Below are positions 55,682 through 64,000 of a stretch of DNA of 64,000 nucleotides, in pieces (the first letter of the stretch is position 1; each line of letters begins with the position of its first letter). Where the stretch lies: the NCBI GenBank assembly GCA_963793265.1, contig CAWBZI010000007.1, positions 256,001 through 320,000 on the forward strand, in the 5' to 3' direction. The position numbers were made by a program, and so were the translations under genes. The notes under the pieces were generated by a model that was not told the origin of the DNA, searched no databases, and worked only from the letters and a program-made list of their open reading frames with translations. This stretch comes from an uncultured cyanobacterium. Lineage in GTDB: Bacteria > Cyanobacteriota > Cyanobacteriia > Phormidesmidales > Phormidesmidaceae.

Positions 55682-57016
55682 ATGGAAGTTTTGGAGCAAT
55701 TGAAGTCGGGTCAGCTAGCCGGGCAAAGGGCGCTGAAGATATCGGCTGAGCTAACGGAATTTCCTGTAGAAATTTTTGACTTGGCAGAGTCATTGGAGCT
55801 ATTGGTGCTCTCGAATAATTCGCTAAGCACGCTGCCTGAAGATTTTGGCCGATTGAAAAAGCTCAAGCGTGTCTTTTTTAACAACAATGCGTTTGAAACG
55901 TTCCCGGCGGTACTGGCTGAGTGCCCGGCGCTTTCAATGATTAGCTTCAAGAGCAACAAAATAAAAACAGTTCAAGCAGGCACCTTATCACCGGCTATTC
56001 GCTGGTTGATACTAACGGATAATTTGCTTGAGGCACTACCGGCTGATATCGGTCAGCTAAGTAAACTGCAAAAGCTGATGCTGGCGGGCAACCGGCTCCA
56101 GGCTTTGCCCAACGAGCTAGCGAACTGTCAGAATTTAGAATTAATTCGACTGTCGGCAAATCAGCTTGAGACGATACCGCGCTGGCTGTTTTCACTACCG
56201 CGTTTGTCTTGGCTAGCTTACGCAGGCAATCCTTTTAACAGTCATAAGACTATTGCTGCTGGCGCCGCACAGAGTACTCTACCAGTCGTGCCTGAAGATG
56301 AGGTACCGCTAGGGAAGATTTTGGGAAAAGGCGCTTCGGGCGTTATTTATAAAGGCGCGTGGCGTTCAGACTTGGCGGCAGAAGAGACGGTGGCCGTTAA
56401 GGTCTTTAAAGGAGAGATCACCAGTGATGGTTTGCCAGCCGACGAAATGCAGGCTTGTATGGCAGCAGGAGCGCATCCTAATCTGGTTACGGTACTGGGT
56501 AAGTTGGACAGTCCTGAAAAAGCAGGCTTGATATTTTCTTTTCTCTCCGCTGACTATGAAAATCTGGGCGACCCACCAGATTTAGATTCTTGCACAAGGG
56601 ATACTTACGATGAGACAGTTTCCTTTACATTGCCAGTTGTTTTAAATATTGCTCAAGGCATTGCAGCGGCGGTCTTACATCTTCATACAAGAGGAATTAT
56701 GCATGGGGATTTGTATGCTCACAACATATTGATTGATAAAACTGGCAAAAGTATCTTAGGCGATTTTGGCGCGGCGTCTTTTTATAATGTTGCTGATGAA
56801 AGCATGGGCAAAGCACTACAGCAGCTAGAGTCTAGAGCTTTTGGCTGCTTATTAGAAGATTTGTTGGATCGCTGTGTTTTAGAGAATGACAATTCATCTA
56901 CTGCTTGCTTTGATGGATTGAGACAGTTGCAAGTGGATTGTATGAAACACAAGCCGGATGAAAGACCTTTGTTTTCAACGATTTGCGAAAATATAGACCA
57001 GTTAGAGAGGGTTTAA
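55682..57016 (+). CDS. Leucine-rich-repeat protein kinase
   Basis: LRRs followed by LGKGASG, VAVKVFK, HGDLYAHN and LGDFGAAS. Confidence 0.92.
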   Translation: MEVLEQLKSGQLAGQRALKISAELTEFPVEIFDLAESLELLVLSNNSLSTLPEDFGRLKKLKRVFFNNNAFETFPAVLAECPALSMISFKSNKIKTVQAGTLSPAIRWLILTDNLLEALPADIGQLSKLQKLMLAGNRLQALPNELANCQNLELIRLSANQLETIPRWLFSLPRLSWLAYAGNPFNSHKTIAAGAAQSTLPVVPEDEVPLGKILGKGASGVIYKGAWRSDLAAEETVAVKVFKGEITSDGLPADEMQACMAAGAHPNLVTVLGKLDSPEKAGLIFSFLSADYENLGDPPDLDSCTRDTYDETVSFTLPVVLNIAQGIAAAVLHLHTRGIMHGDLYAHNILIDKTGKSILGDFGAASFYNVADESMGKALQQLESRAFGCLLEDLLDRCVLENDNSSTACFDGLRQLQVDCMKHKPDERPLFSTICENIDQLERV

Positions 57017-57098
57017 TCAGGTCATAAATACTTCGATCCACCGATGAAGTGCTACTTTTTAAGTTGTTTGCCAAGCTGTTTTTCTTTAGAGAGTTACC

Positions 57099-57779
57099 AT
57101 GGAACGCTACGTCAAGGCCGATCCTTATCCTTATCCCTATAACGGTGATTTACGACCTGAAAATACGGTGCTGATCGTCATTGATATGCAAACTGACTTT
57201 TGCGGTGAGGGTGGCTACGTCGATAAGATGGGCTATGACTTGACGCTGACTCGGGCACCGATTGAGCCTCTGCAAAAGCTGCTAGGGGTGATGAGAGCGC
57301 AGGGGTTTCATATTATGCATACAAGGGAAGGTCATCGGCCAGATTTGGCAGATTTGCCTGAGAATAAGCAGTGGCGATCGCGTCAAATTGGCGCAGGCAT
57401 CGGCGATCCTGGCCCCTGTGGCAAGATACTCGTGCGCGGTGAAGCGGGATGGGAAATTATTCCTGAGCTAGCGCCTCTACCGGGCGAGGCCGTTATTGAC
57501 AAACCGGGCAAAGGTGCTTTTTTCGCAACAGATTTAGACCTGTTACTGCGCGGTAAAGGCATACAAAATGTTGTGCTTACAGGAATTACAACAGATGTAT
57601 GTGTACACACAACCATGCGTGAGGCGAACGATCGCGGCTATGAATGCCTGGTACTTTCCGACTGCACGGGCGCAACCGATTACGGCAACTATTTAGCCGC
57701 GCTTAAGATGATTAAAATGCAGGGCGGCGTGTTTGGAACAGTGGCAACTTCAGCAAATCTGATTGAGGCAATCTCCTAA
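57099..57779 (+). CDS. biuH: Biuret amidohydrolase (isochorismatase-like cysteine hydrolase)
   Basis: [50 protein letters not shown] and KMQGGVFG closely match my recollection of characterised BiuH. Confidence 0.85.
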   Translation: MERYVKADPYPYPYNGDLRPENTVLIVIDMQTDFCGEGGYVDKMGYDLTLTRAPIEPLQKLLGVMRAQGFHIMHTREGHRPDLADLPENKQWRSRQIGAGIGDPGPCGKILVRGEAGWEIIPELAPLPGEAVIDKPGKGAFFATDLDLLLRGKGIQNVVLTGITTDVCVHTTMREANDRGYECLVLSDCTGATDYGNYLAALKMIKMQGGVFGTVATSANLIEAIS

Positions 57780-57789
57780 CGGTGCTCTC

Positions 57790-58776
57790 TTAATATTGCA
57801 CCTTAAAGCTGTTGCGACTATCCACTGTCAAGGTCGCAGCGCAAAGATCTAGATCGTTCCAGTCTAGCGGCAGATAGTTGCCGCCGAGCTGAAGCGTTAG
57901 GTTAACGTCGCAGCCGTTGCTGAGAGGAACGGTTTGAGACTGGCCGATTGCGAGTGGGCCGTTAAGGACGTTGGCACCGGCTATTTTGAGCGATCGCAGC
58001 TCGACCGTACCATTGTTAACCACCGTGAACTGGCGATCAGCAGCGGCAGCACCTCTAGGGGCGTTGGCATAGTTAATCACACAGACGCTCCGATAGGTCG
58101 CGTGGGTACTACAGCCCGCGCCTGCCATCGCCCAGCTTGGCCGAAAGATGTTTGTTCTATGACCGCGATCGGCAACCCCGTCATCCACAATCAGGTTTAC
58201 CATAATGTCTTGTGCGTCTGTCGGGCCGTAGGCAATGTTCTCACCAACGCCTGCATTTTCGACGTTGAAGCGAGCCACGCGATCAGAAGGTCTGCTGCCG
58301 TCTGAGCCGGTATGACCAAAGTTGCCGTTGCGCTGATCGTAAGCGTGAGCCTTAGCCGCCTGAGCAATGCCATCGGAGGCTGATAATGCGCCGACCGCCG
58401 TTTGATTTTCTAGAAAGCGGATGGCTTCTTCTACAGCGGGCCTACCTTCATTCGTCGTGAGCGTACAGTTGCGCCCGCATCCGTTAGGAATGTTGCCCTG
58501 TCGGTTCATGCTGGCTAAGCGCGCTTCTAGTATGGGAATGTAGCTTTGAGGATTTTGGCGAACGCGGTTGTGCTCAGCAATCAAGTTTTGCTCTACAGTT
58601 GCCCAGTCAGAGGTTTGGGCTTGAGCTGTATTAGTCGATGCGAGTGAATTAAACTGCTGAGCGGGGTAGCCACAGGCAGTCGCAACGAGTGCAGCCGGTA
58701 GCGCTATAGCAAGCTTCCATTTGTGAGGGAGTAGAGCCGATAGCTGGCTAGATAGCTGGGGTTTGAGCACTTTCAT
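57790..58776 (-). CDS. CAP/SCP domain lipoprotein
   Basis: Lipobox-like LVATA-C, EHNRVR, HTGSDGS, GENIAYG and DDGVADRGHRTNIF. Confidence 0.88.
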   Translation of the reverse strand: MKVLKPQLSSQLSALLPHKWKLAIALPAALVATACGYPAQQFNSLASTNTAQAQTSDWATVEQNLIAEHNRVRQNPQSYIPILEARLASMNRQGNIPNGCGRNCTLTTNEGRPAVEEAIRFLENQTAVGALSASDGIAQAAKAHAYDQRNGNFGHTGSDGSRPSDRVARFNVENAGVGENIAYGPTDAQDIMVNLIVDDGVADRGHRTNIFRPSWAMAGAGCSTHATYRSVCVINYANAPRGAAAADRQFTVVNNGTVELRSLKIAGANVLNGPLAIGQSQTVPLSNGCDVNLTLQLGGNYLPLDWNDLDLCAATLTVDSRNSFKVQY

Positions 58777-58837
58777 TAAAAGCAATCTTCTATTTAGGGC
58801 GACTTATGGCGACAAACTAGCATTGTAAATGCACTAC

Positions 58838-58868
58838 AAAAAATTACCAGGATCAACAGTCCGGTAAT
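58838..58868 (-). terminator. Probable intrinsic terminator between the HsdR-like and CAP genes
   Basis: The minus strand reads ATTACCGGA-ctgttga-TCCTGGTAAT-TTTTT. Confidence 0.55.
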
Positions 58869-58930
58869 GAAGCGTCTAGGACAAATAATTTAATGACACA
58901 CTGTTGCCTTTTCTACCGTATGGCATTGCG

Positions 58931-59563
58931 CTATTGAGTAACGATATGCTTTCCTAGCCGCTTCAGAACTTGAAAAACGGAATAGAGTTCATTGCCTGGA
59001 TTGACTAGAGAAAACAGCCTGGAGTTGGCGTATTCTGGACTTGTCAGGCGAGATGACTTAAGGAACAAAAACTCGCTTCCGTTGGTAATCATTCCGAATG
59101 TTGGCTGCTGTCGTTCTGGGTTTGCCAGCATGTAGGCAAGTGCTTGTGGAAGCGCTCTAGTCACTGCAAAATCACTTCGCTTAGATTCAATCACTAGCAG
59201 CCATAAACGTTGCCTTAAGACTAAGACATCAATGCGGCCTCGAATAACAACGCCGTCATCCTGCATTTGGATCTTTGTGCTGGTTTCTGTTTCTATACGA
59301 AAGGGCTGCTGGTAAAAACCACACAGATCTAGAAGGGGTGCGAGCACTACCATCTTGACGCTATTTTCAAGCATCGGCGGGTCGTCCATTAGCGCTATAA
59401 AATTCGACTTTACGCGGTCTAACAGTACTTGTTCTATCTCTGTAGGTGTAGCAGAGGCTTCTGTCCATTCAGGAAAAAAATCAGGATCTTGAGAGGCCTG
59501 CAAACCAAACGCCTGCTTTAGCTGCCGCAAGGTAGCTTCGGTTGCTGGTATTGCTCGCACCAT
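58931..59563 (-). CDS. Stand-alone type I restriction HsdR N-terminal-like PD-(D/E)XK protein
   Basis: GRIDVLV..LVIESKR, PQALAYM and GMITNG motifs. Confidence 0.82.
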   Translation of the reverse strand: MVRAIPATEATLRQLKQAFGLQASQDPDFFPEWTEASATPTEIEQVLLDRVKSNFIALMDDPPMLENSVKMVVLAPLLDLCGFYQQPFRIETETSTKIQMQDDGVVIRGRIDVLVLRQRLWLLVIESKRSDFAVTRALPQALAYMLANPERQQPTFGMITNGSEFLFLKSSRLTSPEYANSRLFSLVNPGNELYSVFQVLKRLGKHIVTQ

Positions 59564-59599
59564 CTGGTTTATCCTGCTTTTGTAGCCTATGAATCTAAA

Positions 59600-60001
59600 T
59601 CATACGTTCTTTCCTGATTTTAATGCTGCCTGATAAGCTCGCCAGCCGCCATACTGCGTGATTTCTTTTTTACCTTCTACTGTCAAAGGTTCACCGATAA
59701 CGCCGAGCACTTCTTCGTTATCCTCTAACGTCAGCTTACCGATGGCAAGGCCGGGCGGTTCTTGGGAAAGGATAATGCCCAAGCCTGCAAGCGGAACATT
59801 CCACACTTCTAAAGCAACAGAAACGCCGCCTTCTTTCACTTTAATCATGGCGGGATAGTCATCGTCTATTGACCAGATTCGATAGCTGGGTTCTGTTTTA
59901 GCTTCTCGCTCAAAGGTAGAACCTACGTTGAGCATGTTTGGGTTGAGCGAAAGACCCTTCATTAGCGTACCGTTGACGGCTAGCTTTAGCGTGTCTGTCA
60001 T
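59600..60001 (-). CDS. Allophanate hydrolase C-terminal-domain-like (GGCT fold) stand-alone protein
   Basis: LAVNGTLMKGLSLN, A.T.PSYR, EVWNVP, PPGLAIGKLTL and EITQYGGWRAY resemble the AtzF C-domain. Confidence 0.8.
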   Translation of the reverse strand: MTDTLKLAVNGTLMKGLSLNPNMLNVGSTFEREAKTEPSYRIWSIDDDYPAMIKVKEGGVSVALEVWNVPLAGLGIILSQEPPGLAIGKLTLEDNEEVLGVIGEPLTVEGKKEITQYGGWRAYQAALKSGKNV

Positions 60002-60003
60002 AG

Positions 60004-61083
60004 TTATGTGGTGTATAGCTTACTTAAGCCTAGCTTAGCGAGTCCTTTTCGATAGATAATAGAGGTTTGGTCAGCTTCGATGTGCGTTTCAGCTCGCAAG
60101 TCGAGTGGGAGATCTTCAGGGTATTGAGCTTCAACAATTACTTTGTCTTCATTAAAGATTTGGTAGTTAAATTCATAGACAGGTTCTAGGGGCTGATCTT
60201 GATCGAAGTTGCGGCAGATAGGGCTAAAAACACGAGTTTTGCGGGCGGAGATAGGAGAGGCGGCGTTGAGGATACACAGACGACCTTCGTTGGGAAAATG
60301 AACCCGAAGCAGAGCGGTGAATGGGAGGAAAACGGTGAAGTCTCGCAGCCATTGAAAGTCTTTAGGCGCGAGGTGCTGAAGGCTTTTGGGGAAGTTGCTG
60401 ACGCTGCTGAGATATTTGGCTCGCAGGCCGCGCGGGGTAGAGGAGACTTCGTAGCGGGGGACGATGGGATTGTTGCGATCGCCAAAAGAGTCTCCATGTA
60501 CCCAGGCAAAATGAGCCACATCTAAAAAGCCCTCCATCTGCCTACCTGCTGCCGCTTCTACCGCAATTGAATCTGGTAGAATTTGCTGGTAGCCCGCGTC
60601 TGTCCATTCAGGGTACACAGGCAAAGCGTCTTTGTTGTTTTGACCCGCTAGCGTTGTCCACACCAAACCATAGGCTTCTTGAACAGGATAGGTTTTGAGG
60701 CATAGCTTGCTAGGAATACTGGCCTGCGGGCTAGCGGGTATGAGCGTACACTGGCCCGTGTTGTTGTAGTGAAAGCCGTGATATCTACAGATGAGCTGAT
60801 CTTGTTCGATCAGGCCCATGCTTAACGGAACGCCCCTATGCAAGCAGATATCGTTGGCAACAGAAATCCCTTCAGCAGTACGCCAAACGACGAGACGCTG
60901 ATCGAGCAGTGTGGCGGCAACGGGCGAGTTTTGGACGTTGTGGCTATAGGCGATGGGATACCAAAAAGGGGCGATCGCATCCCAGTCGGTTTCAGAAAAC
61001 GTGCAGTCTTTAGGATAAGTTGTTCTGATTTCATCGCTCGCTTTGTTTCTTACTTGACTGACCACTCGACTGACCACACACAT
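60004..61083 (-). CDS. Rieske non-heme iron oxygenase alpha subunit (VanA/NdmA-like); start uncertain (61083 or 61134)
   Basis: Rieske CLHRG...CRYHG; mononuclear Fe motif EGFLDVAHFAWVH; IFNEDK. Confidence 0.9.
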   Translation of the reverse strand: MCVVSRVVSQVRNKASDEIRTTYPKDCTFSETDWDAIAPFWYPIAYSHNVQNSPVAATLLDQRLVVWRTAEGISVANDICLHRGVPLSMGLIEQDQLICRYHGFHYNNTGQCTLIPASPQASIPSKLCLKTYPVQEAYGLVWTTLAGQNNKDALPVYPEWTDAGYQQILPDSIAVEAAAGRQMEGFLDVAHFAWVHGDSFGDRNNPIVPRYEVSSTPRGLRAKYLSSVSNFPKSLQHLAPKDFQWLRDFTVFLPFTALLRVHFPNEGRLCILNAASPISARKTRVFSPICRNFDQDQPLEPVYEFNYQIFNEDKVIVEAQYPEDLPLDLRAETHIEADQTSIIYRKGLAKLGLSKLYTT

Positions 61084-61155
61084 CACCTCTCTATCAACAG
61101 CGTTCTTTTTTCGCCAATAGCAGTACCATAACAACTGCGGTTTATTATTTCCACG

Positions 61156-62115
61156 ATGCCTTCAGATGCTTCAGCACCCCTCAAAGATACGGCTGCTCGT
61201 TCAGACGATCTGTCTCAAAAGACACCAGAACAATCATTGATCTTAGGCGCTGGTCTAATTACATTCGGCTTTTTAGCAAATACAATACAGGGCGCTTTGG
61301 GGAAAGTGGCTCAAGAGACAATCGGCCCCGGTCAATTCTTATGGCTGCTAATTTTATTAGCGCTGGCCGTGCTAATGCCCTTTGAAGCAATCAGACGCGG
61401 GCAAGACCTGAAGGCGGGTTTTAACGCCCAGATACTGCCCTACTATCTAATGCGAGCCGTGTTTGGTCTGTGTGGTTTCTATCTATTTATTTGGGCGGCG
61501 GGGTTAGGCAGCTTGGTAAGTGCAAACGTGCTGCTCAATACAACGCCGATTTTTATCCCAGTGATTGGTGCGGTGGTGCTAGGTAAGCAAATTTCACTGA
61601 AGCTGTGGGGTGCGATCGCCATTGGCTTTATCGGCTTACTCCTCGTCGTGCAGCCCAACGCCGAACTGCTCCGAAATCCTGCAAATCTGATTGGCTTAGG
61701 CGCTGGCCTTTCAGCTGCTATTGAGTTTTTGACCGTACGCAAAATCAGCGAAACGCAGTCACCGCTCGGCCAAACGCTCTACTATCTACTCATCGGCGCT
61801 ATTCTCACTGCGCCGATCGCGCTATGGCAATGGCAGCCCTTAGAAACAAGCACCGTAGGCTTCGTCGTTGCTGCCGCTGCTGCTTTTCTCACCTTTCAGC
61901 TACTACTCGTGAAAGCCTACCGCTACGCCGAGCCCCATCAGATAGGCGTTTTTCAGTACAGTAGCGTCATTTTTTCTGCCATCATTGGCTGGTTGTTCTT
62001 TAACGAAATTCCCAACGCCCTTTCTATCGGCGGTATGGTGTTAATAACGGTAGGTGGGGCGCTGGCTATATATCTAGAGCAAAAACCGCAGGTACAAGAA
62101 AGCCGAGGGAACTAA
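61156..62115 (+). CDS. DMT/EamA family transporter
   Basis: About ten TM helices in two EamA repeats; TTPIF and AYRYAE..FQYSSVIF..GWLFFNE motifs. Confidence 0.9.
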   Translation: MPSDASAPLKDTAARSDDLSQKTPEQSLILGAGLITFGFLANTIQGALGKVAQETIGPGQFLWLLILLALAVLMPFEAIRRGQDLKAGFNAQILPYYLMRAVFGLCGFYLFIWAAGLGSLVSANVLLNTTPIFIPVIGAVVLGKQISLKLWGAIAIGFIGLLLVVQPNAELLRNPANLIGLGAGLSAAIEFLTVRKISETQSPLGQTLYYLLIGAILTAPIALWQWQPLETSTVGFVVAAAAAFLTFQLLLVKAYRYAEPHQIGVFQYSSVIFSAIIGWLFFNEIPNALSIGGMVLITVGGALAIYLEQKPQVQESRGN

Positions 62116-62160
62116 GTGGTCAGCTTAGAACCCCTCAGCGGTTAACCGTCATAGGCAAAA

Positions 62161-63921
62161 TCACGGCAGTAGGGCCGGATTCCTGACGTTTGAGCCGATA
62201 CTTGCAGATTGAGAGATTAAGTCAGCGAGTAGGCGGTTGAGGGCGCTGGTGACGGCGTAGAAGGAGGCTGTGACAATGCTGGTGTGGATGCCAATGCCGT
62301 AGCTAGCGCCTTGGGGCGTCGTGATTTCGATTAGGGCGATCGCCTGACTTTGGCTACCCTTGGGCAGATCGCCCGGACGAGTCGGCAGGGCCATTTTCAG
62401 CGATCGCTCCTCATACCCGCTCACCTGCATTTGGCCGAGGCGATCGCCTAGTTGGCTACCATTCAAAGCCGCTACCAAAGCGTCAATTGGCCCATTGCCT
62501 TCACCTTCTAGCGTATGCTCACAGCCCTCAATCTCGACACAGACCGCTATCTGCGTGCTTCCTGCTTTTGTTGACACGCACTGATGAGAACAGTATGTCA
62601 ACGGCCCGGTAGCTCGAAGATATTCTGCCTTGAAAATCTGCCAAATCACGTCAGCAGTGACCTCTTTCCCACTATCTTCTACGGCCCGCTGCACTATCCG
62701 ACTGAACTCTATTTGCAGCCGTCTAGGAAGCACCACCCCATAATCTCTTTCTAGCAAAAAGGCAATGCCTCCTTTGCCCGACTGACTATTTACCCGCACA
62801 ACAGATTCGTAAGAGCGCCCCATGTCCGCTGGGTCTATGGGTAGGTAAGGAACCGCCCATGTATCTTCAGGCTGTCTTGCAGCAAAGCCCTTTTTGATGG
62901 CGTCTTGATGAGAGCCTGAGAAAGCAGTAAAAACAAGTTCGCCTGAGTAGGGGTGGCGTGAATGAACCGGCAGCTGGGTACAGTCTTGGGCAACTTGAAC
63001 AATGTCGTCTATACGAGAAAAATCTAGACCCGGCGAAATGCCCTGCGTGTACAGATTCATCGCTAGCGTCACCAGATCGACATTTCCCGTCCGTTCGCCA
63101 TTGCCAAATAAGCAGCCCTCTACCCTCTGCGCGCCAGCCATTTGAGCCAGTTCAGCAGCAGCCACGCTACAGCCCCGATCGTTGTGAGGATGCACGCACA
63201 GCACCACGGCCTCGCGGTAGTCAAGGTGGCGATGCATCCATTCCACCTGATCGGCAAAAACATTAGGGGTGGATACTTCTACGCTGGCTGGAAGGTTGAT
63301 GATTGCTTTTGCTGCAGATGTAGGCTGCCACACGGCCAGCACTTCATTGCAAATCGCTTTGGCAAAAGGCAGCTCGGTTGAGGTAAAAACTTCGGGAGAG
63401 TACTGAAATCGCCAGGCGGTTTCATGTTGGGCAGTCGCTAGCTCTTTGATGAGGGCAGCGGCATCGGTTGCTAAGCGAATAGTGCCTGAGCGATCGAGAT
63501 TGAAAACAACTTTTCGGAAGGTGGGCGCAGTGGCATTGTATACGTGAACGATCGCCTGCTTAGCGCCTTTTAGAGATTCAAACGTACGGCGAATAAGGTG
63601 ATCTCTAGCAGGGGTAAGAACCTGTAGCGTGACATCGTTAGGAACTAGATTTTGCTGTATGAGGTGGCGAACAAAATCGAATTCTGTTTGAGAAGCACCA
63701 GGGAAACCGACTTCGATTTCTTTGAAACCAATATTGATCAAGGTGTGGAACAGGCGCAGCTTGCGAGCGATACTCATGGGCTCAATGAGCGCTTGATTGC
63801 CATCACGTAAATCGGTACTGAGCCAGGCTGGCGGCTGCGTGATGGTTTTGCTCGGCCAGGTGCGATCTGCGAGATTAATAGGCGTAAATGCGGCGTACTT
63901 GCTATTTGGTTGAGTCAACAT
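62161..63921 (-). CDS. leuA: 2-isopropylmalate synthase, yeast/actinobacterial type
   Basis: DRTWP, WLSTDLRDGNQAL, EIEVGFP, YSPE, HPHNDRG, FGNGERTGNVD, AFSGSHQDAIKKG and RVNSQSGKGG motifs; regulatory domain GNGPIDA. Confidence 0.93.
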   Translation of the reverse strand: MLTQPNSKYAAFTPINLADRTWPSKTITQPPAWLSTDLRDGNQALIEPMSIARKLRLFHTLINIGFKEIEVGFPGASQTEFDFVRHLIQQNLVPNDVTLQVLTPARDHLIRRTFESLKGAKQAIVHVYNATAPTFRKVVFNLDRSGTIRLATDAAALIKELATAQHETAWRFQYSPEVFTSTELPFAKAICNEVLAVWQPTSAAKAIINLPASVEVSTPNVFADQVEWMHRHLDYREAVVLCVHPHNDRGCSVAAAELAQMAGAQRVEGCLFGNGERTGNVDLVTLAMNLYTQGISPGLDFSRIDDIVQVAQDCTQLPVHSRHPYSGELVFTAFSGSHQDAIKKGFAARQPEDTWAVPYLPIDPADMGRSYESVVRVNSQSGKGGIAFLLERDYGVVLPRRLQIEFSRIVQRAVEDSGKEVTADVIWQIFKAEYLRATGPLTYCSHQCVSTKAGSTQIAVCVEIEGCEHTLEGEGNGPIDALVAALNGSQLGDRLGQMQVSGYEERSLKMALPTRPGDLPKGSQSQAIALIEITTPQGASYGIGIHTSIVTASFYAVTSALNRLLADLISQSASIGSNVRNPALLP

Positions 63922-64000
63922 AGGATGGCTGTGAATAATTGTATTGGGGTGGTTTTTGTTTGTGCATAGATGAGGCGGCAGCGATGCAGCGAGTAAGCGC

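Noticed and set aside
58824..58838. TGTAAATGCACTACA as an NtcA site
   Set aside because: The spacing is GTA-N7-TAC, not N8.
58931..59563. Type I restriction-modification system
   Set aside because: There is no helicase domain, hsdM or hsdS; such stand-alone domains are common in cyanobacteria.

Overview
A gene-dense chromosomal segment from a cyanobacterium. Supporting evidence is the abundant HIP1 octamer GCGATCGC, a GUN4 domain, an SphR-type regulator, a cyanobacterial-type CofH, and CHAT/FHA/DUF928 proteins; a filamentous Leptolyngbya/Phormidesmis-like host is a guess. (1) 0.5-14 kb: a hopanoid cluster (hpnH, squalene synthase, hpnA, hpnG, hpnB, shc) with unusual guests: a sulfotransferase 14 bp behind hpnA, a SyrD/PvdE-type ABC exporter overlapping hpnG, and an AcrB-family RND pump that appears to lack both TolC-docking subdomains. 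(2) 14-21 kb: an unannotated-looking protein with LCIB/theta-carbonic-anhydrase Zn motifs, an ABC1 kinase, a HAD hydrolase, gun4 and a NarL regulator. (3) 22-30 kb and 43-49 kb: a pseudo-orthocaspase, an FHA-CHAT fusion, and a divergent FHA / TPR-CHAT / DUF928 module whose DUF928 carries five GGASR-ending repeats. (4) 32-39 kb: a double lipid-carrier glycosylation cluster. (5) sphR with a Pho-box-like site, and leuS with a single-base frameshift. (6) 54-64 kb: amt, an LRR kinase, biuret hydrolase, a stand-alone allophanate-hydrolase C-domain, a Rieske oxygenase, a DMT transporter and a yeast-type leuA. I saw no rRNA, tRNA, CRISPR array or transposase. All family calls come from motif recognition by eye, not from database searches.
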